Shown: one piece after another, positions 9,177 to 18,395 of the stretch
Layout of the letters: each line of letters starts with the position of its first letter
How positions within the stretch are numbered: the stretch's first letter is position 1
NCBI GenBank assembly: GCA_041592455.1
Contig: JBFHQA010000001.1
Span: forward strand, 1-43,409
Length of the DNA stretch: 43,409 nucleotides
From: Thiobacillus sp.
GTDB lineage: Bacteria > Pseudomonadota > Gammaproteobacteria > Burkholderiales > Thiobacillaceae
Direction of reading: 5' to 3'
Translations under genes and position numbers: made by a program
Notes under the pieces: generated by a model
Told to the model about the DNA's origin: nothing
Databases searched by the model: none
The model's input: the letters and a program-made list of their open reading frames with translations, nothing else

Positions 9177-12101
9177 ATGCTCGATTTTGTATCACCACCA
9201 CCCGATGAAAGCCTTTTATATGCCAGTTCATACGATCTGGTATGGGTGGTCATTTCCGTACTGCTTGCCATTCTCGCGTCCTATGCTGCCCTGTATGCCT
9301 CGAAAAGAGTCGGGCATCAACAGAACACTGTATCCAGGCTGACTTGGGCTTTTATCGGCGCATTCACTTTGGGAGTCGGTATTTGGGCGATGCATTTTGT
9401 TGGCATGCTGGCTTTGAGCCTGCCGTGTGGCGTTAGATACGATCCTTTTCTCACGATTGTTTCGATTGTTCCAGGCATCCTGGCCGGTGGGGCGGCACTG
9501 GGCATCGCGTGGCATGAGGAGAAGCGCTTGCCATTGTTGGCGCGAAGCGTTTTGCTGGGCGCGGGGATAGGAACCATGCATTACACGGGCATGGCCGCGA
9601 TGCACCTGGAAGGATTTGTGCGTTATGACCCATTCCTGTTCGGACTGTCGATTCTCGTGGCTGTTGCACTGGCTTACCTTGCTTTGCGTGTTAAATGTAG
9701 TGTGGCCCGTTCAAAACGCGGCCACGACGCACTGGTCGCTCTCATCATGGGCGGCGCTGTATCAGGCATGCACTACACAGCCATGTCTGCTTCCTATTTC
9801 GTACGGGGTGACGTGGCGGCCTTGCCCGCAACGGTCTTCACCACAACCAGCCTTGCCATCACCGTCGCGCTTACCACGGTCTTCCTGGCACTGGGGGCGC
9901 TGGCTCTCGCCGCGATTTCGCGTAACCGCGAGATAACCGACCAACTTCGCGATAGTGAAGAGCGCTGGAAATTCGCGCTGGAAGGTACCGGAGATGGAAT
10001 GTGGGAGTGGAACCCTCAAACCGATGCCGCGATATACTCCAGGCGCTGGAAAGAAATGCTCGGCTACGCCGAGGATGAATTTCCGGATACCGGAACAGCC
10101 TGGGTAGAGCATCTCCATCCCGATGACCAGGGCCGCGTGTTTACCACTTTGCAGGATTATCTGGCAAGTGATCAAGCCGTCTATGTTGTTGAGTTCCGTA
10201 TGCGATGCAAGGATGGTTCGTGGAAATGGATGATGGCCAGAGGCAAATTGGTCAAGAGAGATGCCGAAGGCAATCCCACGCGCATGATCGGTACGCATAC
10301 CGAGATCACCGAGCGCAAACAGGCCGAGGAACAACTGCAAATCACTGCAACAGCCTTCGATTCACAGGAAGGAGTGATGGTGACCGATGCCAACAGCGTG
10401 ATCCTGCGCGTCAACCGGGCCTTCACCGAAATAACCGGATACACCGCAGAGGAGGCCGTGGGGCAGACACCGCGCATTCTCAAATCAGGCCGCCACGATG
10501 CGGATTTCTATCGAGGTATGTGGGAGACCATCAACCGCACGGGAGGTTGGCAAGGTGAGGTATGGGATCGGCGCAAGAACGGCGAAGAATATCCGAAATG
10601 GCTCACCATCTCGGCAGTGAAGAATGACAAAGGCACCGTGACCCATTACGTCGGTACGCATTACGACATTACCGAGCGCAAGAAGGCAGATGAGCGAATC
10701 AACGAACTGGCCTTCTTTGATCAACTCACCGGACTGCCTAATCGGACCCTTCTGCTGGACCGCATGAAACAGGCGATGACGGCCAGTTCGCGTAACGACA
10801 GTCATGGCGCGCTGTTGTTTATCGACCTCGATCATTTCAAGGTTCTCAACGATACACGCGGCCATGATATGGGCGATCTGCTGCTGAAGCAGGTCGCCCA
10901 GCGCCTGCTCACGAGTGTACGGGAAAGTGACAGCGTGGCCCGGCTGGGGGGCGACGAGTTCGTGGTGATGCTGGTTGGGTTGAGTGCAAACGAGGAAGAG
11001 GCTGCGGCCGCGACAGAATTGGTTGCAGAAAAGATACTTGCGAGGCTTGGCCAGGTATTCCAGCTGGGTTCTTTCCCTTACCAAAGCACGGTTAGTATCG
11101 GAGCTTCCCTGTTCAAAGGAAAACTGGTCAGCATTGAAAATTTGATGAAGCAGGCCGATCTTGCCATGTACAAATCAAAGGAGGGGGGGCGCAATACATC
11201 GCGTTTCTTCGATCCTGACATGGAAACGGCCCTGGTAAACCGCGCAGAGCTGGAAAAGGATCTGCGCGACGCAATTCATGCGACGCAATTCCAGCTTCAC
11301 TATCAGGCGCAGGTTGTAGACGGAGGCAGATTGATCGGGGCCGAGGTCTTGCTGCGCTGGCCTCATCCCGTTCGCGGCATGGTTTCGCCGGCCGAATTCA
11401 TTCCTGTTGCAGAAGATACCGGGCTGATCGTTCCGTTGGGCCAGTGGGTGCTGGAAACGGCCTGCACTCAACTGGCCGCATGGGCAGCCCAGCCCGAGAT
11501 GGCTCATCTCACGATTGCGGTGAATGTCAGTGTTCATCAATTCAGCCAGAACGACTTCGTTGATCAGGTTGTGCAGGTGCTCAATCGCACTGGCGCGAAT
11601 CCGCAGTTGCTGAAACTGGAGATGACCGAAAGCCTGCTGGCAGGCAATGTGCAAAGCATTATCGAGAAAATGGCGGCACTGAAAGAAAAGGGGGTCAGCT
11701 TTTCATTGGATGATTTCGGCACCGGTTATTCATCGCTGACTTATCTGAAACGGCTGCCACTTGACCAGTTGAAGATTGACCAGTCTTTTGTGCGTGATGT
11801 GCTCAATGATCCAAACGATGCGGCAATTGCCAGAACAATCGTGGCACTTGCGCAGAGCCTTGGGTTGGGTGTGATTGCCGAGGGCGTAGAAACGGCCGCG
11901 CAAAGAGATTTCCTGGCCAGTTCAGGGTGTTACGCCTATCAGGGGTATTTTTTCAGCCGCCCTCTTCCGCTGGAAGGTTTCGAGGCATTTGCGAGGCAAG
12001 CCCATTTATCTCACCAGGTTTCGGACAACCATGCGGACAGTCAAACAGAGCGAACGGCTTCGGCCCAAGCCTTGCCAAACGGCCTCGTCATGGGCTCATG
12101 A
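9177..12101 (+). CDS. MHYT-PAS-PAS-GGDEF-EAL c-di-GMP signalling protein
   Basis: Three MHYT-type motifs (MHFVGM, MHYTGM, MHYTAM) in TM helices, two PAS/PAC domains, RLGGDEF with RESD I-site, EVLLRW and DDFGTGYSS. Start could be TTG 9150. Confidence 0.93.
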   Translation: MLDFVSPPPDESLLYASSYDLVWVVISVLLAILASYAALYASKRVGHQQNTVSRLTWAFIGAFTLGVGIWAMHFVGMLALSLPCGVRYDPFLTIVSIVPGILAGGAALGIAWHEEKRLPLLARSVLLGAGIGTMHYTGMAAMHLEGFVRYDPFLFGLSILVAVALAYLALRVKCSVARSKRGHDALVALIMGGAVSGMHYTAMSASYFVRGDVAALPATVFTTTSLAITVALTTVFLALGALALAAISRNREITDQLRDSEERWKFALEGTGDGMWEWNPQTDAAIYSRRWKEMLGYAEDEFPDTGTAWVEHLHPDDQGRVFTTLQDYLASDQAVYVVEFRMRCKDGSWKWMMARGKLVKRDAEGNPTRMIGTHTEITERKQAEEQLQITATAFDSQEGVMVTDANSVILRVNRAFTEITGYTAEEAVGQTPRILKSGRHDADFYRGMWETINRTGGWQGEVWDRRKNGEEYPKWLTISAVKNDKGTVTHYVGTHYDITERKKADERINELAFFDQLTGLPNRTLLLDRMKQAMTASSRNDSHGALLFIDLDHFKVLNDTRGHDMGDLLLKQVAQRLLTSVRESDSVARLGGDEFVVMLVGLSANEEEAAAATELVAEKILARLGQVFQLGSFPYQSTVSIGASLFKGKLVSIENLMKQADLAMYKSKEGGRNTSRFFDPDMETALVNRAELEKDLRDAIHATQFQLHYQAQVVDGGRLIGAEVLLRWPHPVRGMVSPAEFIPVAEDTGLIVPLGQWVLETACTQLAAWAAQPEMAHLTIAVNVSVHQFSQNDFVDQVVQVLNRTGANPQLLKLEMTESLLAGNVQSIIEKMAALKEKGVSFSLDDFGTGYSSLTYLKRLPLDQLKIDQSFVRDVLNDPNDAAIARTIVALAQSLGLGVIAEGVETAAQRDFLASSGCYAYQGYFFSRPLPLEGFEAFARQAHLSHQVSDNHADSQTERTASAQALPNGLVMGS

Positions 12102-12165
12102 AACAACAAGGCCGGGGGCGTGCCTTTTCTGCTGGTTGATGCATCGGCTAAAAAAAACGGAATTC

Positions 12166-13149
12166 TCAGCCACCCGTCATCGACATGAAGCGCAGGATTT
12201 TGTGCGGTGCTTCCTTGAATTCGTGACGCTCGGGCTTCAGGTTGATGGCCTGGAGGATGGCCGCTTCCAGTTCGGCGTCGCTGCAGCCGTTTCGGAGCAG
12301 GGGACGGAACTCGAATTTCTCTTCCTGCCCCAGGCACATGTAGGCGGTGCCGTCGACGGCGATGCGCACGCGGTTGCAGGTCTCGCAGAAGTGCTGCGAG
12401 ATCGGGGTGATGAAGCCGACGTTGAAACGGCCGTCCTTGGAACCGAGGTAGCGCGCGGGGCCGGCGCCAGGGAGCGCGGTCTCGATCAGGTCGAACTGGC
12501 GGCGCAGGCGTTCCTTGACCGGCTGCAGGTCGAGGTATTCGGCGTTGCGGCCGGTGTCGCCCATTGGCATCGACTCGATCAGGCGCAGCACGAAGCCACG
12601 TTCCATGCAGAACGCGACCATCTCGTCGATCTCGTCGTCGTTGGGGCCGGCGAGCGCCACCATGTTGAGCTTGATCGGCGCGAAGCCGGCGTCCTGCGCC
12701 GCGGCAAGGCCGGTCATGACCTTGGCCAGCACGTCGCGGCCGTTGATCTTTTCCACGCGCGCCTGCTGCAGCGAGTCGAGGCTGACGTTGAGCCGCGTGA
12801 CGCCGGCCGCCTTCAGCGCGTGGGCGTGGCGGTCGAGCTGGGTCGCGTTGGTCGACATCGACAGGTCCTCGATGCCGGGCAGGGACGCGATGCGGCGGGA
12901 GAGTCCGGCGATGTCGCGCCGCAGCAGCGGCTCGCCGCCGGTCATGCGGATACGACTGACGCCGAGTCGGGCGAAGGCGCCGATCAGCCGCTCGATCTCG
13001 TCGAAGGCGAGCCAGTGCTCGGGTTCCTCGAAGCCCTTGAAGCCTTCCGGCATGCAGTAGCTGCAGCGCAGGTCGCAGCGGTCCGTGACCGACAGTCGCA
13101 CGTAGTCGATGCGGCGGTTGAACTGGTCGGTGAGGGCGGGCGCGGACAT
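12166..13149 (-). CDS. moaA: GTP 3',8-cyclase (Moco biosynthesis radical SAM enzyme)
   Basis: RLSVTDRCDLRCSYCMP (CxxxCxxC), TGGEPLLR, FCETCNRVR..C and C-terminal GG. Confidence 0.97.
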   Translation of the reverse strand: MSAPALTDQFNRRIDYVRLSVTDRCDLRCSYCMPEGFKGFEEPEHWLAFDEIERLIGAFARLGVSRIRMTGGEPLLRRDIAGLSRRIASLPGIEDLSMSTNATQLDRHAHALKAAGVTRLNVSLDSLQQARVEKINGRDVLAKVMTGLAAAQDAGFAPIKLNMVALAGPNDDEIDEMVAFCMERGFVLRLIESMPMGDTGRNAEYLDLQPVKERLRRQFDLIETALPGAGPARYLGSKDGRFNVGFITPISQHFCETCNRVRIAVDGTAYMCLGQEEKFEFRPLLRNGCSDAELEAAILQAINLKPERHEFKEAPHKILRFMSMTGG

Positions 13150-13173
13150 GACGTCGGGAGTCTGGCGGGAATG

Positions 13174-13197
13174 GGTTATATATGAAAAAATATAACC
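13174..13197. promoter_or_regulatory. ModE-type binding site between divergent moaA and mobB
   Basis: Perfect dyad GGTTATAT-N8-ATATAACC, matching the ModE consensus half-sites (CGTTATATA...TATATAACG), located between Moco genes. Confidence 0.8.
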
Positions 13198-13253
13198 TTA
13201 TTCGGCCGGGCTGGCAATGAAATTCGCCCGGAAACACCACGTCCAGGGATGTC

Positions 13254-13766
13254 ATGAAGGTATTCGGAATCGCAGGCTTCAGCGGCAGCGGCAAGACCAC
13301 GCTGATCGAGCGCGTGCTGCCGCTGCTGGCGGCGCGCGGCCTGCGCGTGGCCGTGATCAAGCACACCCATCACGACTTCGACATCGACCGGCCCGGCAAG
13401 GACAGTTGGCGCGCGCGCGAGGCCGGCGCGGCGGCGGTGCTGCTGTCATCCGACCACCGCACGGCGCTGCTGACCGAGCATCGCGACACGCCGCCGCGGC
13501 TGGACGATCTGTTGTCCCGATTGCCGCCGTGCGACCTGGTGCTGGTGGAGGGCTACAAGCGCGAGGCCATTCCCAAGCTGGAAGTGCATCGCGCGGAGAC
13601 CGGCAAGCCCTGGCTGTTTCCGGAAGATCCCCATATCCTGGCGGTGGCGTCCGACGTCGAGCCCCCCGGCAACCTCACCCGCATCGACATCGATGCCGTT
13701 CAACCCATCACGGACTTCATACTGAATCATGCTCTCAGCTGCCCAACTGCTCGACAACCTGCTTGA
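13254..13766 (+). CDS. mobB: Molybdopterin-guanine dinucleotide biosynthesis protein B
   Basis: GFSGSGKTTL P-loop, IKHTHHDFDID.PGKDS and LVEGYK. Confidence 0.95.
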   Translation: MKVFGIAGFSGSGKTTLIERVLPLLAARGLRVAVIKHTHHDFDIDRPGKDSWRAREAGAAAVLLSSDHRTALLTEHRDTPPRLDDLLSRLPPCDLVLVEGYKREAIPKLEVHRAETGKPWLFPEDPHILAVASDVEPPGNLTRIDIDAVQPITDFILNHALSCPTARQPA

Positions 13767-14922
13767 GCGCGCCCAGCGCGTGACCGAAACCGGGATCGTC
13801 CCGGTTTCCGCTTCGCTGGGGCGCGTGCTGGCCGTGCCGCAAACCTCGACGATCACCGTGCCGCCGGCGGACAACAGCGCGATGGACGGCTACGCCGTGC
13901 GCGTGGCCGACGTGGCGACGGCGGGCGTCCGGCTGCCGGTGTCGCAGCGCATCATGGCCGGCGCCGTGGGCCAGCCGCTGCAGCCCGGCACGGCCGCGCG
14001 CATCTTCACCGGCGCGCCCGTTCCGCCGGGGGCCGACGCGGTGCTGATGCAGGAGTTCTGCTCGGCCGAGGGCGACCAGGTGGTCGTCAATTCGGTGCCC
14101 CATCCGGGCGAGAACATCCGCCGCGCCGGCGAGGACGTCGAGGCCGGGGCAGAAATCCTCGCCGCCGGCACGCGCATCGGCGCGGCGGAAATGGGGCTCG
14201 CCGCTTCGGTGGGCCTGGCCGAACTGCCGGTGTATCGCCGCCTGAAGGTCGCCTGCTTCTTTACCGGCGACGAACTGGTGACGCCGGGCGTGCCGCTGGC
14301 CCCCGGCCAGATCTACAACTCCAACCGCTATACGCTGACGGGTCTTATAAACGACCTGGGCTGCGAACTGATCGACCTCGGCATCGTGCCCGACACGCTG
14401 GAAGACACCGAGGCCGTGCTGGCGCGGGCCGCCCGCGAAGCCGACGTGGTGGTGACCAGCGGCGGGGTGTCGGTCGGCGAGGCAGACTATGTGAAAACGG
14501 CCGTCGAAAAGCTCGGCCAGGTCGAGATGTGGAAAGTGGCGATGAAGCCCGGCAAGCCGGTGGTATACGGACGCGTCGGCGGCGCCGATTTCATCGGCCT
14601 GCCCGGCAACCCGGTGTCGGCCTTCGTGACCTTCTGTCTGTTCGTGCGGCCGTTTCTGCTCACGCGCATGGGCGCGTCCGACGTGCTGTATCGCGCCTAT
14701 GCGATCCAGGCGGATTTTGCCTGGCCGCGTCCCGGCACCCGCCGCGAGTTCCTGCGCGCGAGCCTGCAGCCCAGCGGCAAGCTGGCGCTGTTTCCCAACC
14801 AGAGCTCGGGCGTGCTGACCTCGTGCGCGTGGGCCGACGGCCTGGTCGACCTCGAAGTCGGCCATACGGTGCGACCGGGTGACTGGGTGCGCTTCATTCC
14901 CTTCTCGGAGTTGCTGAAATGA
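13729..14922 (+). CDS. moeA: Molybdopterin molybdotransferase
   Basis: SAMDGYA, IFTGAPVP.GAD, TGDEL, TSGGVSVGEAD, KPGKP and LPGNPVS. Confidence 0.96.
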   Translation: MLSAAQLLDNLLERAQRVTETGIVPVSASLGRVLAVPQTSTITVPPADNSAMDGYAVRVADVATAGVRLPVSQRIMAGAVGQPLQPGTAARIFTGAPVPPGADAVLMQEFCSAEGDQVVVNSVPHPGENIRRAGEDVEAGAEILAAGTRIGAAEMGLAASVGLAELPVYRRLKVACFFTGDELVTPGVPLAPGQIYNSNRYTLTGLINDLGCELIDLGIVPDTLEDTEAVLARAAREADVVVTSGGVSVGEADYVKTAVEKLGQVEMWKVAMKPGKPVVYGRVGGADFIGLPGNPVSAFVTFCLFVRPFLLTRMGASDVLYRAYAIQADFAWPRPGTRREFLRASLQPSGKLALFPNQSSGVLTSCAWADGLVDLEVGHTVRPGDWVRFIPFSELLK

Positions 14923-15170
14923 ACGTGCGCGTGCTGTATTTCGCCCGTTTGCGCGAACGCTTCGGCTGCGCAGAAGAACAGGTCGTACTGGACGGCGCGA
15001 CGGTGCGTGACCTGGTCGCGCTGCTGCAGGCGCGCGGCGGCGTGTGGGCCGAGGAGCTGGCAGCGGGCCGCGCGTTCCGCGTGGCCGTCAACCAGGACAT
15101 CGTGACGCCCGACGCGACCGTGCCGGACGGCGCCGAGGTCGCGATCTTTCCGCCGGTGACCGGAGGCTGA
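14919..15170 (+). CDS. moaD: Molybdopterin synthase sulfur carrier subunit
   Basis: VLYFARLRE, VAVNQ and C-terminal FPPVTGG. Confidence 0.96.
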   Translation: MNVRVLYFARLRERFGCAEEQVVLDGATVRDLVALLQARGGVWAEELAAGRAFRVAVNQDIVTPDATVPDGAEVAIFPPVTGG

Positions 15171-15174
15171 TCCC

Positions 15175-15630
15175 ATGAAAATCGTCGTCCAGACCGAGGC
15201 GTTCGACCTCGGCACCGAAGTCGATGCCCTGCGCGCAAGCCGCACCGACATCGGCGCCATCGCCAGTTTCGTCGGCCTGGCGCGCGACATGAACGAAGGC
15301 AGCGGGGTTTCGGCGATGACGCTGGAGCACTATCCCGGCATGACCGAAAAGGCGCTCGCCGCGCTGGTCGACGATGCGCGCGCGCGCTGGTCCCTGCTCG
15401 ACGTGACCGTGGTCCATCGGGTGGGACGCCTGCTGCCGGGCGATCCTATCGTGCTCGTCGCCGTGGCCAGCAGCCATCGCGGCGAGGCCTTCGCCGCCTG
15501 CGAATTCATCATGGATGCCCTCAAGACCCGCGCGCCGTTCTGGAAGAAGGAAGAGACGCCAGAAGGCGAGCGCTGGGTCGAGGCACGCGCCAGCGACGAC
15601 GCGGCGGCGGCGCGCTGGTCCGAGTCCTGA
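15175..15630 (+). CDS. moaE: Molybdopterin synthase catalytic subunit
   Basis: LEHYPGM, HRVG.L, HRGEAF and LKTRAPFWKKE. Confidence 0.96.
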   Translation: MKIVVQTEAFDLGTEVDALRASRTDIGAIASFVGLARDMNEGSGVSAMTLEHYPGMTEKALAALVDDARARWSLLDVTVVHRVGRLLPGDPIVLVAVASSHRGEAFAACEFIMDALKTRAPFWKKEETPEGERWVEARASDDAAAARWSES

Positions 15631-15706
15631 TCGTCCCTCAAGCCCAACCTCGGGGCGTGCTCGCACGTTCGCCCCGGCACTGATTTCTCGCAGTTTTCCG
15701 ATTCCC

Positions 15707-15723
15707 TGCACTAAGCCAGTGCT
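15707..15723. promoter_or_regulatory. Candidate enhancer-binding-protein site (NtrC-like GCAC-N7-GTGC)
   Basis: TGCACTAAGCCAGTGCT about 105-120 bp upstream of a sigma-54 -24 box, the usual enhancer distance. Confidence 0.4.
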
Positions 15724-15825
15724 GCCCATGCAGCGCTGAGCATCCCTGTTTCGTCCGCACCTGATCACGCTCAAAGCCAGTATTCATCGGGCTTTCCGAT
15801 GAATCTTCATGCTTGTCGATAAAGT

Positions 15826-15841
15826 TGGCACGTGTGTTGCT
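15826..15841 (+). promoter_or_regulatory. Sigma-54 (-24/-12) promoter of the gntR operon
   Basis: TGGCACG-TGTG-TTGCT is a perfect match to TGGCACG-N4-TTGCW (GG 15827-28, GC 15839-40). Confidence 0.85.
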
Positions 15842-15842
15842 G

Positions 15843-15864
15843 TGTCATTACACGTCATGACAAG
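15843..15864. promoter_or_regulatory. Putative GntR operator (two tandem 10-bp dyads TGTCATTACA / CGTCATGACA)
   Basis: Immediately downstream of the -12 box, spanning the expected transcription start; overall dyad TGTCAT-N8-ATGACA; recurs at 23422-23443. Confidence 0.7.
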
Positions 15865-15883
15865 TTATGGAGCGTGCACTGAA

Positions 15884-16645
15884 ATGACCACACCCCGGAA
15901 AAAGCATCCTGCCGCGTTGCAGGTATCGCCGGTCCCGCTGTACACGCAGATCAAGGAGATTCTGCGAGACCGCATCCTCGACGGCACCTACCAGGCGCAC
16001 GAACAGATGCCGTCGGAAAGCGAGCTGATGAGCACCTTCGGCGTGTCGCGCATCACCGTGCGGCAGGCCCTGGGCGACCTGCAGAAGGAAGGCCTGATCT
16101 TCAAGATCCACGGCAAGGGCACCTACGTCTCCAAGCCGAAGGCGTTCCAGAACGTGGCGACGCTGCAGGGCTTTGGCGAGGCGATGTCTAGCATGGGCTA
16201 CGAGACCTTCTCGCGCGTGGTCGGCGTCAAGAACCTGCCGGCGAAAGCGGCAGTCGCGGCGAGGCTGGGCGTTCAGGAGGGCGAGGAGATCGTCGAACTG
16301 CGCCGCGTGCGCTACCTCAACCGCGCCCCGATCTCGCTCGACGTGACGTATGTGCCCAAGAGCATCGGCGAGCGCCTCGCCAAGGAAGACCTCGCGCACC
16401 GCGACGTGTTCCTGATCCTGGAAAACGACTACGGCATTGCGCTCGGCGCAGCCGAACTGCAGATCGAATCGATGCTGGCGGACGACTATCTCGCCCGCCA
16501 GTTGCAGATCGAGGAGGGCGCCCCGGTGTTGCGGATCGAGCGCCTGACCCTCACGGCCGATGGCCGACCGATTGATTTCGAATACCTGTATTACCGCGGA
16601 GATGCCTTCCAGTACCGGATGCGCATCGAGCGGTCCCACGTCTAG
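15884..16645 (+). CDS. GntR family (HutC/UTRA subfamily) transcriptional regulator
   Basis: PLYTQIKE, PSESEL..FGVSRITVRQAL, GKGTYV and a UTRA-like C-terminus (YYRGD.F). Confidence 0.93.
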   Translation: MTTPRKKHPAALQVSPVPLYTQIKEILRDRILDGTYQAHEQMPSESELMSTFGVSRITVRQALGDLQKEGLIFKIHGKGTYVSKPKAFQNVATLQGFGEAMSSMGYETFSRVVGVKNLPAKAAVAARLGVQEGEEIVELRRVRYLNRAPISLDVTYVPKSIGERLAKEDLAHRDVFLILENDYGIALGAAELQIESMLADDYLARQLQIEEGAPVLRIERLTLTADGRPIDFEYLYYRGDAFQYRMRIERSHV

Positions 16646-16654
16646 GAGACCTGT

Positions 16655-18385
16655 ATGAACGAAGTGATTGCGGAAGTGGATGTGCTGGTGATCGGCGGCG
16701 GCACGGCGGGCCCGATGGCCGCCGTCAAGGCCAAGGAAAAGAACCCGGCGCTCAAGGTGATGCTGCTGGAGAAGGCGAACGTGAAGCGCAGCGGCGCCAT
16801 CTCGATGGGCATGGACGGACTCAACAACGCGGTGATACCCGGCCATGCCACTCCCGAGCAGTACGTCAAGGAAATCACCGTGGCCAACGACGGCATCGTC
16901 AACCAGAAGACGGTGATGGCCTACGCGCAGGAAAGCTTCAACATGATCAACCAGCTCGACCGCTGGGGCGTCAAGTTCGAGAAGGACGAGACCGGCGACT
17001 ACGCGGTGAAGAAGGTCCATCACATCGGCACCTACGTGCTGCCGATGCCGGAGGGCCACCACATGAAGAAGGTGCTCTACCGCCAGCTCAAGAAGGCGCG
17101 CGTCGAGATCACCAATCGCTACATGGCGACGCGCCTGCTGCTCGACGCGAACGGCGCGATTGCCGGTGCGATGGTGCTCGATACGCGCGAGGGCACGTTC
17201 GGCGTGATCCGCGCCAAGTCGGTGATCCTCTGCACGGGCGCGGCCGGCCGGCTTGGCCTGCCGTCCTCGGGCTACCTTTTCGGCACCTACGAGAACCCGA
17301 CCAACGCGGGCGACGGCTACTCGCTGGCCTACCACGCAGGCGCGGAGCTCTCGGGCATCGAGTGCTACCAGATCAACCCGCTGATCAAGGACTACAACGG
17401 CCCGTCGTGCGCATACGTCACCGGCCCGTTCGGCGGCTACACCGCCAACTCGAAGGGTGAGCGTTTCATCGAGTGCGACTACTGGAGCGGCCAGATGATG
17501 ATGGAGTTCTACAAGGAACTCGAAGGCGGTAACGGCCCGGTCTTCCTCAAGATGAATCACCTGGCCGAGGAAACGATCGGCACCATCGAGCACATCCTGC
17601 ATACCAACGAGCGTCCCAGCCGCGGTCGCTTCCACGAAGGCCGGCATCTCGATTACCGCAACGGCATGGTCGAGATGCATATCTCGGAAATCGGCCTGTG
17701 CAGCGGCCACTCGGCGTCGGGCGTGTGGGTCGACGAAACCGCGGCGACTACGGTGCCGGGTCTCTACGCGGCTGGCGACCTCGCCTGCGTGCCCCACAAC
17801 TACATGCTCGGTGCGTTCGTGTACGGCAAGTTCGCCGGTGAAAGCGCGGCCGACTATGCGATGACGCATGCGCTGCCTGCGGTCGACGCCGTGCAGGTCG
17901 AGGCCGAGCGCAAGCGCGTGCTGGGTCCGCTGTCGAATCCCGAAGGCCTGCCGCCCAGCCAGGTCGAGTACAAGCTGCGCCGCTTCGTGAACGACTACCT
18001 GCAGCCGCCCAAGGTGACGAAGAAGATGGAGATCGGCCTCGACCGCTTCGCTGAAATCGGCGCCGATCTGCCGGCGATGTCGGCCACGAACCCGCACGAA
18101 CTCATGCGCGCCATGGAAGTGCATTTCATCCGCGACTGCGCGGAAATGGCGGCGCGTGCGTCGCTCTATCGCACCGAGTCACGCTGGGGGCTCTACCACT
18201 ACCGCGTCGAGCATCCCGACAAGAACGACGCCGACTGGTTCTGCCACGCCCAGCTGAAGAAGTCCGATGCAGGCGAGATGACCTGCTTCAAGCGACCCAT
18301 CGATCCCTACATCGTCGAGCTCGATGACGAGGAAAAGGACGCCTACAACCGCCTGCGCGTCGTCAAGCAGGCAGAAGCCGCCTAA
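16655..18385 (+). CDS. FAD-dependent reductase, Sdh/Frd/AprA flavoprotein superfamily (AsfA-like)
   Basis: DVLVIGGGTAG FAD motif; KRSGAISMGMDGLN resembles the AprA RSGAVAQGLSAIN segment; GLYAAGD; RTESRWG. No SHT..AQGG covalent-His motif of SdhA/FrdA. Confidence 0.85.
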   Translation: MNEVIAEVDVLVIGGGTAGPMAAVKAKEKNPALKVMLLEKANVKRSGAISMGMDGLNNAVIPGHATPEQYVKEITVANDGIVNQKTVMAYAQESFNMINQLDRWGVKFEKDETGDYAVKKVHHIGTYVLPMPEGHHMKKVLYRQLKKARVEITNRYMATRLLLDANGAIAGAMVLDTREGTFGVIRAKSVILCTGAAGRLGLPSSGYLFGTYENPTNAGDGYSLAYHAGAELSGIECYQINPLIKDYNGPSCAYVTGPFGGYTANSKGERFIECDYWSGQMMMEFYKELEGGNGPVFLKMNHLAEETIGTIEHILHTNERPSRGRFHEGRHLDYRNGMVEMHISEIGLCSGHSASGVWVDETAATTVPGLYAAGDLACVPHNYMLGAFVYGKFAGESAADYAMTHALPAVDAVQVEAERKRVLGPLSNPEGLPPSQVEYKLRRFVNDYLQPPKVTKKMEIGLDRFAEIGADLPAMSATNPHELMRAMEVHFIRDCAEMAARASLYRTESRWGLYHYRVEHPDKNDADWFCHAQLKKSDAGEMTCFKRPIDPYIVELDDEEKDAYNRLRVVKQAEAA

Positions 18386-18395
18386 GGAGAACACC

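Noticed and set aside
15848-18124. Long antisense ORFs (also 447-1772, 13735-14865, 20574-22493, 24332-26284, 29359-30501)
   Set aside because: Shadow frames opposite well-supported genes, expected in high-GC DNA; no recognisable motifs.
16655-18385. Assignment as sdhA, frdA or aprA
   Set aside because: No covalent-FAD His motif, no membrane anchor or sat/aprM partners, and the context is a GntR/ABC cluster, so the gene symbol is withheld.
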